DNA from: Tubulanus polymorphus
Taxonomy: Eukaryota > Animalia > Nemertea
DNA: 64,000 bases
Direction of reading: 5' to 3'
Assembly (NCBI RefSeq): GCF_964204645.1
Contig: NC_134026.1
Coordinates: 1 to 64,000, forward strand
Shown: one piece after another, positions 52,601 through 64,000 of the stretch
Layout: every line of letters begins with the position of its first letter
How positions within the stretch are numbered: position 1 is the stretch's first letter
Program-made: the position numbers and the translations under genes
Notes under the pieces: model-generated
Databases searched by the model: none
What the model was told of the DNA's origin: nothing
The model's input: only the letters and a program-made list of their open reading frames with translations

Positions 52601-53635
52601 GGACTGGTGTGAAATATTTTGGCGGCGGTTCTTGTAAGTTTCATTGTGATCGATCGATTGCTTTTTGTGCGTTAATTCACTAAATACCAGAGTAAGATTT
52701 AAATGTTTCCCAAAGTAACGAATGTTAATAGCTCTCAATTCGAGGTCACTGAGGTTTCGTCTTATAAATGATAAAGAATAAGTTCAATCGTGTTATGCAC
52801 GTTGTCGAGGTGACACCAATCTTTGAAGCCTCGTAGGATGATTTCTTACTTGACTACCCAATATCCAAACATAAAACTCATTCAAACATATTTTCAAATT
52901 GTAGCATTCATTTATCCGATGTTCAATTCAACGATTCACACATTTATGTACACCTATTACGGGTTAGCAGCCATGGGACCAAGTATGCAGAAATACTTGT
53001 GGTGGAAAAAGTATATGACTAAATTACAGTTGGTAAGTACGCTAGATGGCGCATTGATCGACGACTTTATTTCGTTCTGATTTGCGTATGTGCATATCTA
53101 CTCTCTCTTCAGGGCCTCGGCTTGACAATCACTTAATGATTTCCTAGGTCCTGATGATTGTCATGCATTATACGTATACATTTTGTAACAATTATGTATT
53201 TATATTTGTATCATGATAATCATCAAATAAATCAAATCAAATCAAAATGATTGGTAAAAATTGTTTTTTTTTTCATATTTTTGCCTCAAGTTTTCAATTT
53301 GAAATATTCATTTTAACAATTCGTTTTTTTTCTCAAAATTTCAGCTACAATTAGTCGGCATAATGTTTTTCATGGGCGGTGGAATCTTTAAAGATTGCAA
53401 TTTTCCAAAAATCGTCAATAAAGCGGTCATCGTTTATACGCTAAGTTTGGTAGTGTTATTCGGCAATTTCTACTACCGAGCCTACATCGCGAAAAAACAG
53501 GTTTCTAAATCTAAATCGAATGGGCTGAAAAGTCACCAGAACGGCGTCGCTATTAGCAACGGAATTTACGCTCACAACGGCAGCAGCAGCAGCCGCAGCA
53601 GCAAGCAACAAAACGGCAAATCCAAAATCAATTGA
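49694..53635 (+). CDS. ELOVL: Very-long-chain fatty acid elongase (ELO family, ELOVL4/7-like), 305 aa
   Basis: Seven in-phase coding exons: 49694-49748, 51155-51342, 51429-51512, 51620-51676, 52519-52633, 52905-53032, 53345-53635. Motifs [33 protein letters not shown] (HxxHH), [30 protein letters not shown] and C-terminal KSKIN. Probable non-coding first exon ending at 48556 (cag|gtaaga). Confidence 0.96.
50895..51048 (+). mobile_element. 154-bp MITE in an ELOVL intron
   Basis: Imperfect terminal inverted repeats CAGAGCTGCCA / TGGCAGCCCTG; a related copy lies at 4503-4603. Confidence 0.75.
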
Positions 53636-53812
53636 TCTAATAATTAAAATAGGCTCATTATCTATAGATTGTTCCAAATAAAACTTCAACTTTACTTCAA
53701 CTTTTAGCTATATGTGAAATTTTGTATACTTTTCTATGAAGACGATGTATTTTTTGTCGTTTTTAAAAATGAATAAGGGGCTGGTTACCGATGAGTTGGA
53801 TTCTACCGCAGC

Positions 53813-53920
53813 CCTGGGGCCGGGCTTTAGAAGCAGTTTTTACCTAAACCCGAGGGATAACTGAAGTTGTCGCTAATCCCGGTTCAAAGTCAATACTGAT
53901 TTATAAAAACGGTCCCTAGG
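53813..53920. mobile_element. Short MITE of a dispersed GGGGCC(G)GGTT-terminated family
   Basis: Imperfect inverted ends CCTGGGGCCGGG...CGGTCCCTAGG. Similar elements are seen at ~36752-36955, ~50690-50790, ~55250-55460 and ~56927-57020. Confidence 0.45.
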
Positions 53921-54643
53921 AACACACAACGATTCATTGAATATATTTATTTTTACTTTGACTTAACGATGAATATTGGAACGTTATGATTAAATGATTC
54001 CGTTAAGAAGAAAATGGATGATGATGATCGTGACGTTGATTATGATCGCGACGTTGATGTTAAGTTAATGATAAGAAAATGATGTATATTTTGCTCGTTT
54101 ATTTATTGACTGTTTTTGAAAGAGTTTCTGTATTTTATATAAATCGAAGCTTTAATGAATCATAGATCACACATTTTGCATACTTTCTAAAATGGGTTTC
54201 ACGCGTTAGTTGCCTTGCTTTTTTGGTTTAGCTGAAATAAATTTCCTTTATAATAGAAATAACGTGGTTTACACTTTATTATTTTATATTCATCTCGATT
54301 CCGCAACACGGAGCTACTAGGTTCGAACCCCAGTTTTTACAGTTTTCCAGGTTCTTGCAAAAAAAGAAATACACTGTACAAGAAAAAAAAGGAGAGTAAT
54401 ATTCATCTTTTGCCTCAAGTAGACGATATACGCATTCTAATTATAGTCGTAATCAATCCCAACTCATCAATCCAGGTTCACACTGAGTTGCAATAGTCAA
54501 AAATTCAACCCATAACTGTGCCGCCGAACCAAATTTCAGATGATCTCTAACCGGCTGAACCATCGACCTCTTAAGTCTAGATTTTAATCTTATTCATCAG
54601 TTGTGAAAGCTAAGGAATCCTATCGTCAGTTGCTTTAGGACAC

Positions 54644-54751
54644 CGGACTCCGGCCCGACCCTCGCTACCACTGTTTGTGACAACGGACTCCGGCCCGACC
54701 CTCGCTACCACTGTTTGTGACAACGGACTCCGGCCCGACCCTCGCTACCAG
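54644..54751. repeat. 40-bp tandem repeat, ~2.7 copies
   Basis: Unit CGGACTCCGGCCCGACCCTCGCTACCACTGTTTGTGACAA. Confidence 0.93.
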
Positions 54752-57700
54752 TGTTAGGCGGTTGCGCTCGGGGTAAAGCGGCGTTACCTTGTTGTCTGCA
54801 AGACACGAACAGAAAAAGCAATCATTGGAAACAAAATGCCTCTGTCATCTCGTAATTACAGCGTTCTCATTTGTCCGGGAATCAATTATCTTCGCTAGAA
54901 ATTAGTCGCTAATTTCATATAGTGTTCGCACCTATTACTGTCTTGTCTATTAACCTATCGTGTATGCGTCGTACTGGGAACACTATGACTCACCTAGCGG
55001 CGAATAATCACCGAACATAGGGATTATCAGCAATTTAATTACTCACGGAAAAGGTAGAGAAGTTGATTTAATGAATCGCCCCGAAGTTTTGTCCAGCGCG
55101 ATGGTTGTAAGGGATGGCTGTCCGTTCGGCTTACTGTCAGTACACACCTCACGGGATTCAGCTGCCGTGTAATTTACTGGACCTCAGCTGTCCGGTCACT
55201 AGAAATTATCATTGATCGTCGCTACATTTTTATGCGTAACATACAAAAAATGGTCTTAAAAATGGTCTTAAAAATGGTCTTAGACTGGTCATAAGTTGTT
55301 AGATTGACTGTAGAACCAAAATGCATGAGTTTGCACTGATCTTAAGTTGTTAGATTGGTTATAGAACCAAAATTCACGAGTTTAGACTGGTTTTAAGTTG
55401 CTAGATGGCTATAGAACTGAAATGAACTGGTTTTGAATGGTTGATTGGTTGTGGGACCAAAATTTGATTAAGATGGAAGACTGAAACCACAGCAAATCAC
55501 TGGAATAAAGATCGAAGCACTATTTGTAGTTGGTAGAGGACTCTATTGATGTCGGTCGGGTCGGGGCTGATGATAGACGGTGCAGGGGTAATTTCCGACG
55601 GAAAATAAATGCACGCGAACTGAATAAGAATAGATCGTAATCCCTGACTATCTATTCCAGTATCACAGGAAGACATTATACAAGTCGGAAGTACAGCGAG
55701 GTTATCGTCTACAGAATCTTACAGTCGATTATCCGACATTCGATTTTCACTATCCTGAAATCCTCATTACAAAAAATTTAGTTAATTGTCAATTAAGATT
55801 ATGTTCGTTTCATCCGCCAGACTCAATGAATGACGGATAACGCGACAGTTTCTCAACTATCTAACATTAATTCACAAAAGTTTAGGAAAACTCACAATTC
55901 TAAAACAGTGACGGGGATTGTTACAGAAAAGACGGTATTATAAAATCCACATGAACGATACACTGACCGAATATTTAGATCGCTCTCATACTGCGAGAAC
56001 AAGCACGAGTCCTTCCTTTGTTATATTTTTGTCATCTTTGCTGCAAACGATCTTAAAAACATGAACTTAATTACAACACCCATAATGATGCAAACAGATC
56101 ATACATGTATATAGGTTAGAGACAAACAATAAACCTCGTCTAACTCGGACAAAACGGGACGAGTAAAACCGGTCCGAGGTAAGCGGAGTTTGAGTTAAGG
56201 ATGGGAACAATACGATATTCATAGAATGATTATCCGTTGTGGTCCGAGTTGGTCCTAGGTTCATAATCCATGAAACTGTATCGACACATAAAACTAAATA
56301 CTTTTTGTAAAACAAGTTAAAAGCATTTATTTATTTATTATTATTTGATGAATTTACATATACAATATCATATCGATTTTATTCAGTTCGCTGTGGTTTA
56401 ATTCCGTTAAACGATACAAATACATGCGATCAAAGAAAGTCAAAGAAAGATGAATACGTTAATGATCTGTTTAATATGGCACCTGTTTGAGACGGAACTA
56501 ACTTTCTATGATCAGACGAGAAACGAAGGAAACGGTTCCAGAGTCGACACGCGGCTCAATCACACACAGGGCGATTTGACCCGGACCGGACCAGGGTCAA
56601 ATTTGGCATAAGGCCCATACCTGATCGCGTTCAAAACGATGCTGTAGCAGCCGAGAGGAGATTCACGTAAAAACCCGATGATTTTAGCGTCAAACAGGCA
56701 CGGACCCATTTAGCACCACGCTGTATAGTTGATGGCCTGTATAGTTGATGTGTGTGATCGCGGCTTATCCTAGTCAAGATTCGTGGTTCATTTCCACTCA
56801 ATAAGCCCATGGACGTACAACATATGGTATACGTTCATGGGCTAATTGAGTGGAAACTAGACCCTTCATAGCTTATCTAATGAAAACGGTAAATTTTCGG
56901 ACTTTGAAAGTTCATTCTAGACACAGATCTGGGTTCTCCATTGTTAACCTTGACTCTTGGCCATAAGTTAGTTTCTAAACCAAGCCTAAGTCAAATCCTA
57001 GACTGTGGAACCGACCCCTGTAGTTCGTGAAAGCAAATTGATGATTCCTTTTTTGAATAAATCTATAACATTTCGTATGTTTATTTCGAATGAATTAATA
57101 GAAAACTCGAAATAATAAAAATAAACAATCATAACGTAATAAATTCTACTCGCAATAATTCGGGGTTCGAACCCTCGGTACGCGCTGTCGCGAGCCAGAT
57201 ATCAATACAACAATATTTATTATGCTTTATTGAGAATGTTACGAGGAGGCGAGATGCAGTTGTTTGGAATCATGACTGAAGCGAGAAGTCGCACGCAATG
57301 CGACTACACAAAAATCATTTGGGCTCAAGACGACACCGACCTCAGAAAACAACGAATACATAGAAACTTTATGTATTTTTAGTTTTTGTTGAAAAACAGT
57401 AACTTAGGGAGGAAAATACCTGGAATACTGACACAACGATCCTTGTACATTTAAATACATTTTTGATACATTTTCATCATTAGAATATTCACCAGGAATG
57501 GAATACAATGATGTATATATATATATATGTATTTATATATATAACAATGTAGAGCGTGGGCTGAGCTTGTCTCATGTGATAGCGCCATCTTTAACGCGTA
57601 AAATGCACGACTGACAAATAAACAAAGCTTCATAGTGAAAGTCTTCATTATCTCATTGTCTGTAGGAGACAGGCGCCGACCACGATACCGATAGAGTTCT

Positions 57701-57828
57701 CTGTGACCCTCTGATGGCGTATTTCACCCGCTTAGCTCGACACAAGCACCGATGAAGCACGTGCGAATAGCTGCAGATATGTTCTCTTTTCATCCGTCAG
57801 ATATATCATCGTATTCATCGGTTTTTAA

Positions 57829-59063
57829 CTACGTGAAAAATACTACTAATGTCAGCAGTAGCAAAACACAGCAATTTGATGCCATTGAAGCAGTAGGTTT
57901 AATACAGTTGTTGTGGTCGGCTGTAATCTTTCCTGCCGAGCGGTGTCCTCCGATAATCTTACTTCCACGATCGTCACTTCCCGCCGTGTCCAAACTGCAA
58001 GGACCTGAAAACAGATACAATAACATCAGTGATCATATAGTTTGAACTTGTCTCGCGATGATGAATTCCTAATTATTCCGAAAGCTTATATTATTACACA
58101 TATATTTACTATTAAAGAAATCAATCCAAATGCTGAAATTCCATCTATTATTAATGTCTTTTTCTTAAGTTTCAATTTATTGCGGAAGGAAGCATGATAT
58201 AGAGATTTTAAATATTTAATAATTAGCACAATACGTAGGCTTCTTCAGGGATGAACATCTTAAAAACAAGATATTTGAAAATAAAAGAAAACAGATGATG
58301 ACAGTGCAAGAAGATTGAGAATGCTTAGCTTTCTTATGAGGGCCATGCAAAAATACCAAAAAACTGCTACTGCAAGGAATTATTAGTAGAAAAACTAGAG
58401 AATAGTAAAAGGACAAAGCAACTGTGTGGTTAGCCCAGTTGGTTAAGTGGATGACCCAAGAGGTCCTTGGTTCGAAACCACCTCATGGCGTTGGATGTCA
58501 AAACACATAAATGGACTAAGATCTGCTACTTTAGTCAGGTTGTGAGTCACAACCAATAAAAAAGCCCTGGCCATTTCTTAAAACCCACTAGGGTTACACT
58601 GATAAGTTAAACGTTATAATCATACGGTTATTGTATTACATGTATATATATGTACTATCTATCTGCATGAGATGCAAACAAATAAAATCTTCCTCAAAAC
58701 GTTAGCCTTAAAAATGTGGAATATTTTTTTAAGCATGAATAGACGATTACTAACCAGCGGATCGTTGTATTGTGTAAGACATTTTCCGATCTACGATAGC
58801 AGGCGCACCCATATTACAAGCGTTATCCACTGAAAAGCGCATGTTGCGAGCATCAACAGTTTTAAAACTCTGCAAAAATGATAACAGAATATCATTAGAA
58901 AACAGAGAGAGAATAAAAACTTATCACTTGAATTATGGAAACATGATCTGTGTATGTTTTGTACTTACGAAACAGTTGGCTGCCTTACTTCCGGTAGTTT
59001 TACGAGCAATAACGTACGTTGTGGTATTCTGTGTCCAGCTACTCAAACATGTTAAGCTGGCAG
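57829..59063 (-). CDS. 3' part of a probable GPI-anchored extracellular protein with Cys/Trp beta-domain repeats (5' exons not found in window)
   Basis: In-phase exons 59063-58969 (ASLTCLSSWTQNTTTYVIARKTTGSKAANCF), 58869-58755 and 58004-57829, ending in the hydrophobic tail CCVLLLLTLVVFFT*. The C-x3-W...Y-V-I-A...C-F pattern recalls DUF7042-7045-type invertebrate proteins (from memory, unverified). Confidence 0.75.
58422..58625 (+). mobile_element. tRNA-derived SINE-like element
   Basis: A box TAGCCCAGTTGG (~58431) and B box GGTTCGAAACC (~58469), with a truncated anticodon arm and a non-tRNA body. Confidence 0.6.
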
Positions 59064-59774
59064 CTAGATTAAAATAGATTTAAAAAAAACAATTTAGATT
59101 GAATGAAAATTATGCAGTCACGAAACCACGGCTTACTGGATGGTAGGAAATGGTTCTCGAGTATGAAAGACCTCGCTGTACAACAGTCACGACCTAATGC
59201 CGTCCATTTCAACATTTCTTATAACCAAACTAATCTTGTGATTTAAGTCCAGTATCACAATATGACCACGCTTAAATCGAAGACCATCTGAGTCATGACT
59301 CAAGTCATAGTCTTATCCCATTCAAAACCTCTCCTCAAACAAAGCTTACGGTTTGATAAAGCCAGGTTCTCCCAGAATTAAAAGAATTAAACATAAGATC
59401 AGTGCTAACAGAACCAAAATTAATCTTCGAACCGTAGAGTCCTGATACCATCAGGTTATAATCTCTACCGGATGAGGAACAGAGCTCGGTCCCTTGAGTT
59501 TTCTTTTTAAATCAAATGATCTGCAACACAATCACAATCTCTCATAGCGATTGAAGATTGTTTCTTCTGTTAATGAGCAGCAACAGTAATTAACAGTAAG
59601 AACTAATTAACAAGTTTAACAGTAATGAATGAACGGTAATGAAGTAATTTGTACAGTAGATAGAAGTGTAGGGCGGCGAGGAGAGCGGAGCTAGAGCAGA
59701 TTCTCTAATATTCAAACAGTATAAGGTAAGGTATAATTGATAGGCATCGTTTGAACATCGATCACTGAGTGAAG

Positions 59775-60111
<337 letters not shown>

Positions 60112-62975
60112 AATGTCACAAACACCTGTTTAACACTGATAACGCAACCACACGCGTCACCGCCGTGTTCGTCTGTTTTCATTCGCGTTTTAATAATCAT
60201 GATTTTTATCGTTACCTTCAATTTCAAACTGTGTAATTATTTCCGATATGATTTAAGTTCGAGCCCCGCAGCAGAGTCGCGATTACTGGTTCTATCACAT
60301 CAAACACCATCGATATTTAAGACAATGTTATAAATAATAATAATTTCAGATATCGATGTTGAGTTATTGCAGCGATGAAATTACGTTTTCAAAAGAATAT
60401 TTCCCGAATGAATCGAACTAACAGATGATGTAAATGTAATGAATTTATAACAATTCCTTATCGGCGTAAAGTGTTTCTGTTTCTTTTCGTTCTAAGGGTG
60501 CCAGCGTTTTACAGGCTTAAGGCTTAGCTGGTCCTGTACGTAACTTATTGTATGCATGTACGTGTTAATAATATTGTATGCAAATAAATATTTATTGTAT
60601 TGTATTGTGTGCGCGCCTGAACGAACTCTGACGGACATGAATGAGTCGTCGGTCGGTTAAAACTTGCCGGTCGATCGCGTCATTACAGCACGGTAGATTA
60701 ACTTTCAAACCTTTCACAGTGTGTATTTATTAATTGAATTTCCGAGTTCAATAAAACGGAAAGCGCCCATTTGGCTTAGAAACAAAGCCATGTAGTTAAT
60801 GATAGCTGGCGGCACAAAGACCGGTGTAAATAGGATGATTGAAATTAGGAAAAATCCGATTAAGAAACTGCTGGGAGTTCAATTACCACATGGCACCCGG
60901 CCATTCGATGACTAACTCACAAACCACTCTTAAAAGTGGTTTCAGTTTTCTATCCCGTTGATTTCATTATAAACGCCACGAAATTGCTTCACTTTCAATT
61001 AAATCTTTAACGCAGAATTTCGTAACATAAGTATAGAGAGTTGACTGGGGGCAGTTTCAAGTCGCGGGAAGACGGAGACCAACAACGCGCCTGTCATTTA
61101 TCATGCGTTGTAATCTAATTTTTATTAAGTTAACAGTTAACGACGCAGTGTCAGAGACGACGGAGTGATACACGCGAGTCCGTATTACCAGTGACGTTAT
61201 CCGTCGTGAAACCTTCTTCAAAGCGTCATTGTCGATTAATGACGCGAAACCGCCGCAAAAATTAGCCGTAATTAACGCCGGATCTTACCACACACTTTTT
61301 AACTGCGTGGATAGAAAAAAAAACTGAAAAAAATCATCGCCGTCCAGCAGAAAATTTATACTTAAAAAATTCAAAAGGAGGAATGTTTTGTTTAGAAGAA
61401 ATATTTAGAATAAAGCATTGATTATGTTCGTAGCCTGTAGCAAACATACTAACAATACCGACAATAAACAATGAAAAATCCATTACACTGAGGTATCGAA
61501 TACAATCCATCTTTAGAAATTCATTTCAAATTCATGAATTTTTCAAATGACTTTCAAAAAATGCAGTCTGTAGGCGTAGTGTATATAAAAAACCACAATA
61601 CGACGATTAAATGAAGAAGGATAGAAGTACCCCAAACATCGGTCTAAAAGATTTTTTCTCGTTCAATGTGTTGGGGTTTTTAATACATTACAAATACTTG
61701 GATCGTGAAGCTGAGCGCATAGATATTCGAGAAAATGATACGATACTCTTTTGACCCTATGATGGCCCGCAAACAATTTTTGACCAGAAACAAATGTTTT
61801 CTATGTTTTGTAGTGCCGCATAATGCTGAACACAAACACACAAAACAGAATTATTCTGTTGTAAACTCGCTGCCGTACAGTTCGGCTTGTGAGAGCTTAT
61901 AACGCCTTTTATAAAAACCTAGTTTCCAGTACTTAAGTTCTTAGCATTTGTTTCAGAAGCGCCTCGGGGGAATTTCTCTACTCTTTCCTCTAATACGATA
62001 ATCAATTTGTAAATTCTATTTATGCCTCATTATCGAAATAAAACGATCGATTTATTCGATTCAATTCAATTCAATTCATTATCGAACGTTTTATTCCTAG
62101 GTGCGACGTTGCGAGCGATAAACTGTATCGATGGTGACAATATTGGCAAAGTAATTTCATAGCAGCAGCAGCAATCCAATTACTAGCGATTTAAACTGTG
62201 GATCTAGAGACGATCTGTTTGATCTAACGCGTTATCGTCGATACCACCAAGTCTTACCCCACCTTTATCTTTGAACTCTCCGTCAAATCGGGTTTAATTG
62301 AAATTGTAAGACGCGCGACGAAAAACGGTTTCAGCTATAAATAAACAGCGGAGTTTAAGCAGCGCCAAGTTTTGAAATGTCAAATGCGCGAATAGAAAAA
62401 AATTACAAGATTGTAGATTGTTTGAATCGTGGAGCATTTACTGTCGCATCCAGGGAATCAATGTTCACGTTTATACGTTCGTACTCGCTTACCAGGGTTT
62501 GATCATCCCTATTCTTACCGGAGCTCACTCCAAACTTGGAGTAATCAGACTGATGATTACTTCAACAAACTCCAACACAGGTCGCGCCAAACCCTGGCAA
62601 GCGAGGTTGAAGACATAAGAATTACATCTATCCGCGACGACAGAATATTAGAAATTAGCCTTTAATTGAATTATAGATGATCAGAATTCGGTGGTTATTA
62701 ATCCGAAGCATTGCTTGCTGGCCATGTGGTTTACATAATACATTACAGCATTCTAGAAATTATAGACACTGTAACCATATGAGGCGATGATGTATGTTAC
62801 AGTCATCATTCGCTTGACTCCCAAATCAAATTACATATCATTAACTATCATTTGCACGTAATACATTTCAAACTAGCCATTAGTAACTAGAGACGTTTAT
62901 CGCGACAGTGTTGAAAAGTCTTTGATTCAGATGAAAGAAGCCTCTATTAGAAGCTCAGAATTAAGAGAGCAATGC

Positions 62976-63093
<118 letters not shown>

Positions 63094-63228
63094 CCACTTT
63101 TCCAAGTCTTAGATGGCTTTAGGAGCGAGTTGTTTTACCGCGTACAAACCTCGAGGCTAAATACCCATCAACGTTTTTACGAGAAGCAGCGTAAAAAAAT
63201 AAAAAAAATCTTTGATTTTCTGATCGTG

Positions 63229-63292
63229 GAGAGAGAGAGGAGAGGAGAGAGGAGAGGAGAGGAGAGGAGAGGGGAGAGGAGAGAGAGGAGAG
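63229..63292. repeat. (GAGAG)n purine-rich repeat
   Basis: Seen directly. Confidence 0.9.
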
Positions 63293-64000
63293 ACAGGCGC
63301 GCATGGGTTTTTTTATTCTCGGATATCGAATGTTAATGTTATACATTACATCGAGTGATGAGAAAAATGATGTCTTTTCTCTAATGAAACTAATTAAAGC
63401 TGTTAATTGTTCCTTTATTCAGCGACTAATGCGATGGTAATGGTGATTTTTGATGTATTAATGGAATGAAGTTGGCTGAAAGCAACATTCCTACAGTCGG
63501 AACATACAATCAGGCACTTTCAAGCAAAAAACTCCATCTTTTCCATTAGCAAAGGTTTGACTATTTCTCTTTGATGCGATAATTAAGTTTTCTGACACTG
63601 ATTTCCAGTGCCGTATAGTACCACGGGCGAAGTAAGCATAGACCGAACAAACAGCGAGTACGGGACACGCGAAAAGGCCAACAGCAAACGAGCGCTAATA
63701 GCATGAAATCTGCCTTATAACTCACAAAATCAAATTTCATCCACATCCAAGATATGCTTTCTTAATAAAGTAATACCCGCTTTCATCGATACCGTCTGAT
63801 GTCCAAAAACAAGATCGACATTTACCGGTGGAATGTCATCGAGGCGCGTCGCAATAATTCCACGCGTTTTAACTGTTCTTCAGAAATAAAGAGTTTGAAT
63901 TTCATACATGCTCGGCGTCTCTTTCACCGACAGCGTCGTCATCGATTCGTGGAGAATTGAAATTTTCTTCCGTTAAAATTTGATTAGGTGATGTAACGTT

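Noticed and set aside
57829-58026. Ly6/quiver-like three-finger protein
   Set aside because: It lacks the CCxxDxCN motif, and the upstream exons show a different C-x3-W...CF pattern.

Overview
This is AT-rich eukaryotic genomic DNA with GT-AG introns, inferred to be from a bilaterian invertebrate. It has two very different halves. Left (~1-34,000): dense in tandem repeats (about 25 micro/minisatellites, units 2-60 bp), plus MITEs, a tRNA-derived SINE head and a few short candidate minus-strand exons I could not assign. Right (~34,400-59,100): a compact gene cluster reconstructed by hand. It contains pantothenate kinase (PANK, -, 7 exons, 387 aa) head-to-head with PLPBP/PROSC (+, 8 exons, 258 aa), a 102-aa tail-anchored orphan protein (+), a 672-aa secreted protein (-, 9 exons), an ELOVL elongase (+, 7 coding exons, 305 aa) and the 3' end of a probable GPI-anchored protein (-). 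The most notable observations are: (1) the secreted protein joins bacterial PLL-type beta-propeller lectin repeats, a SKICH/Ig-like domain and a Cys-containing helical domain; (2) minimal hammerhead-ribozyme motifs of Penelope type lie in introns, two of them in a 202-nt fold-back in PANK; (3) a 28-bp minisatellite has visibly grown from the end of a MITE whose intact relative lies 46 kb away. All long ORFs in the left half are repeat artefacts. Exon boundaries were derived by eye and no database searches were run.
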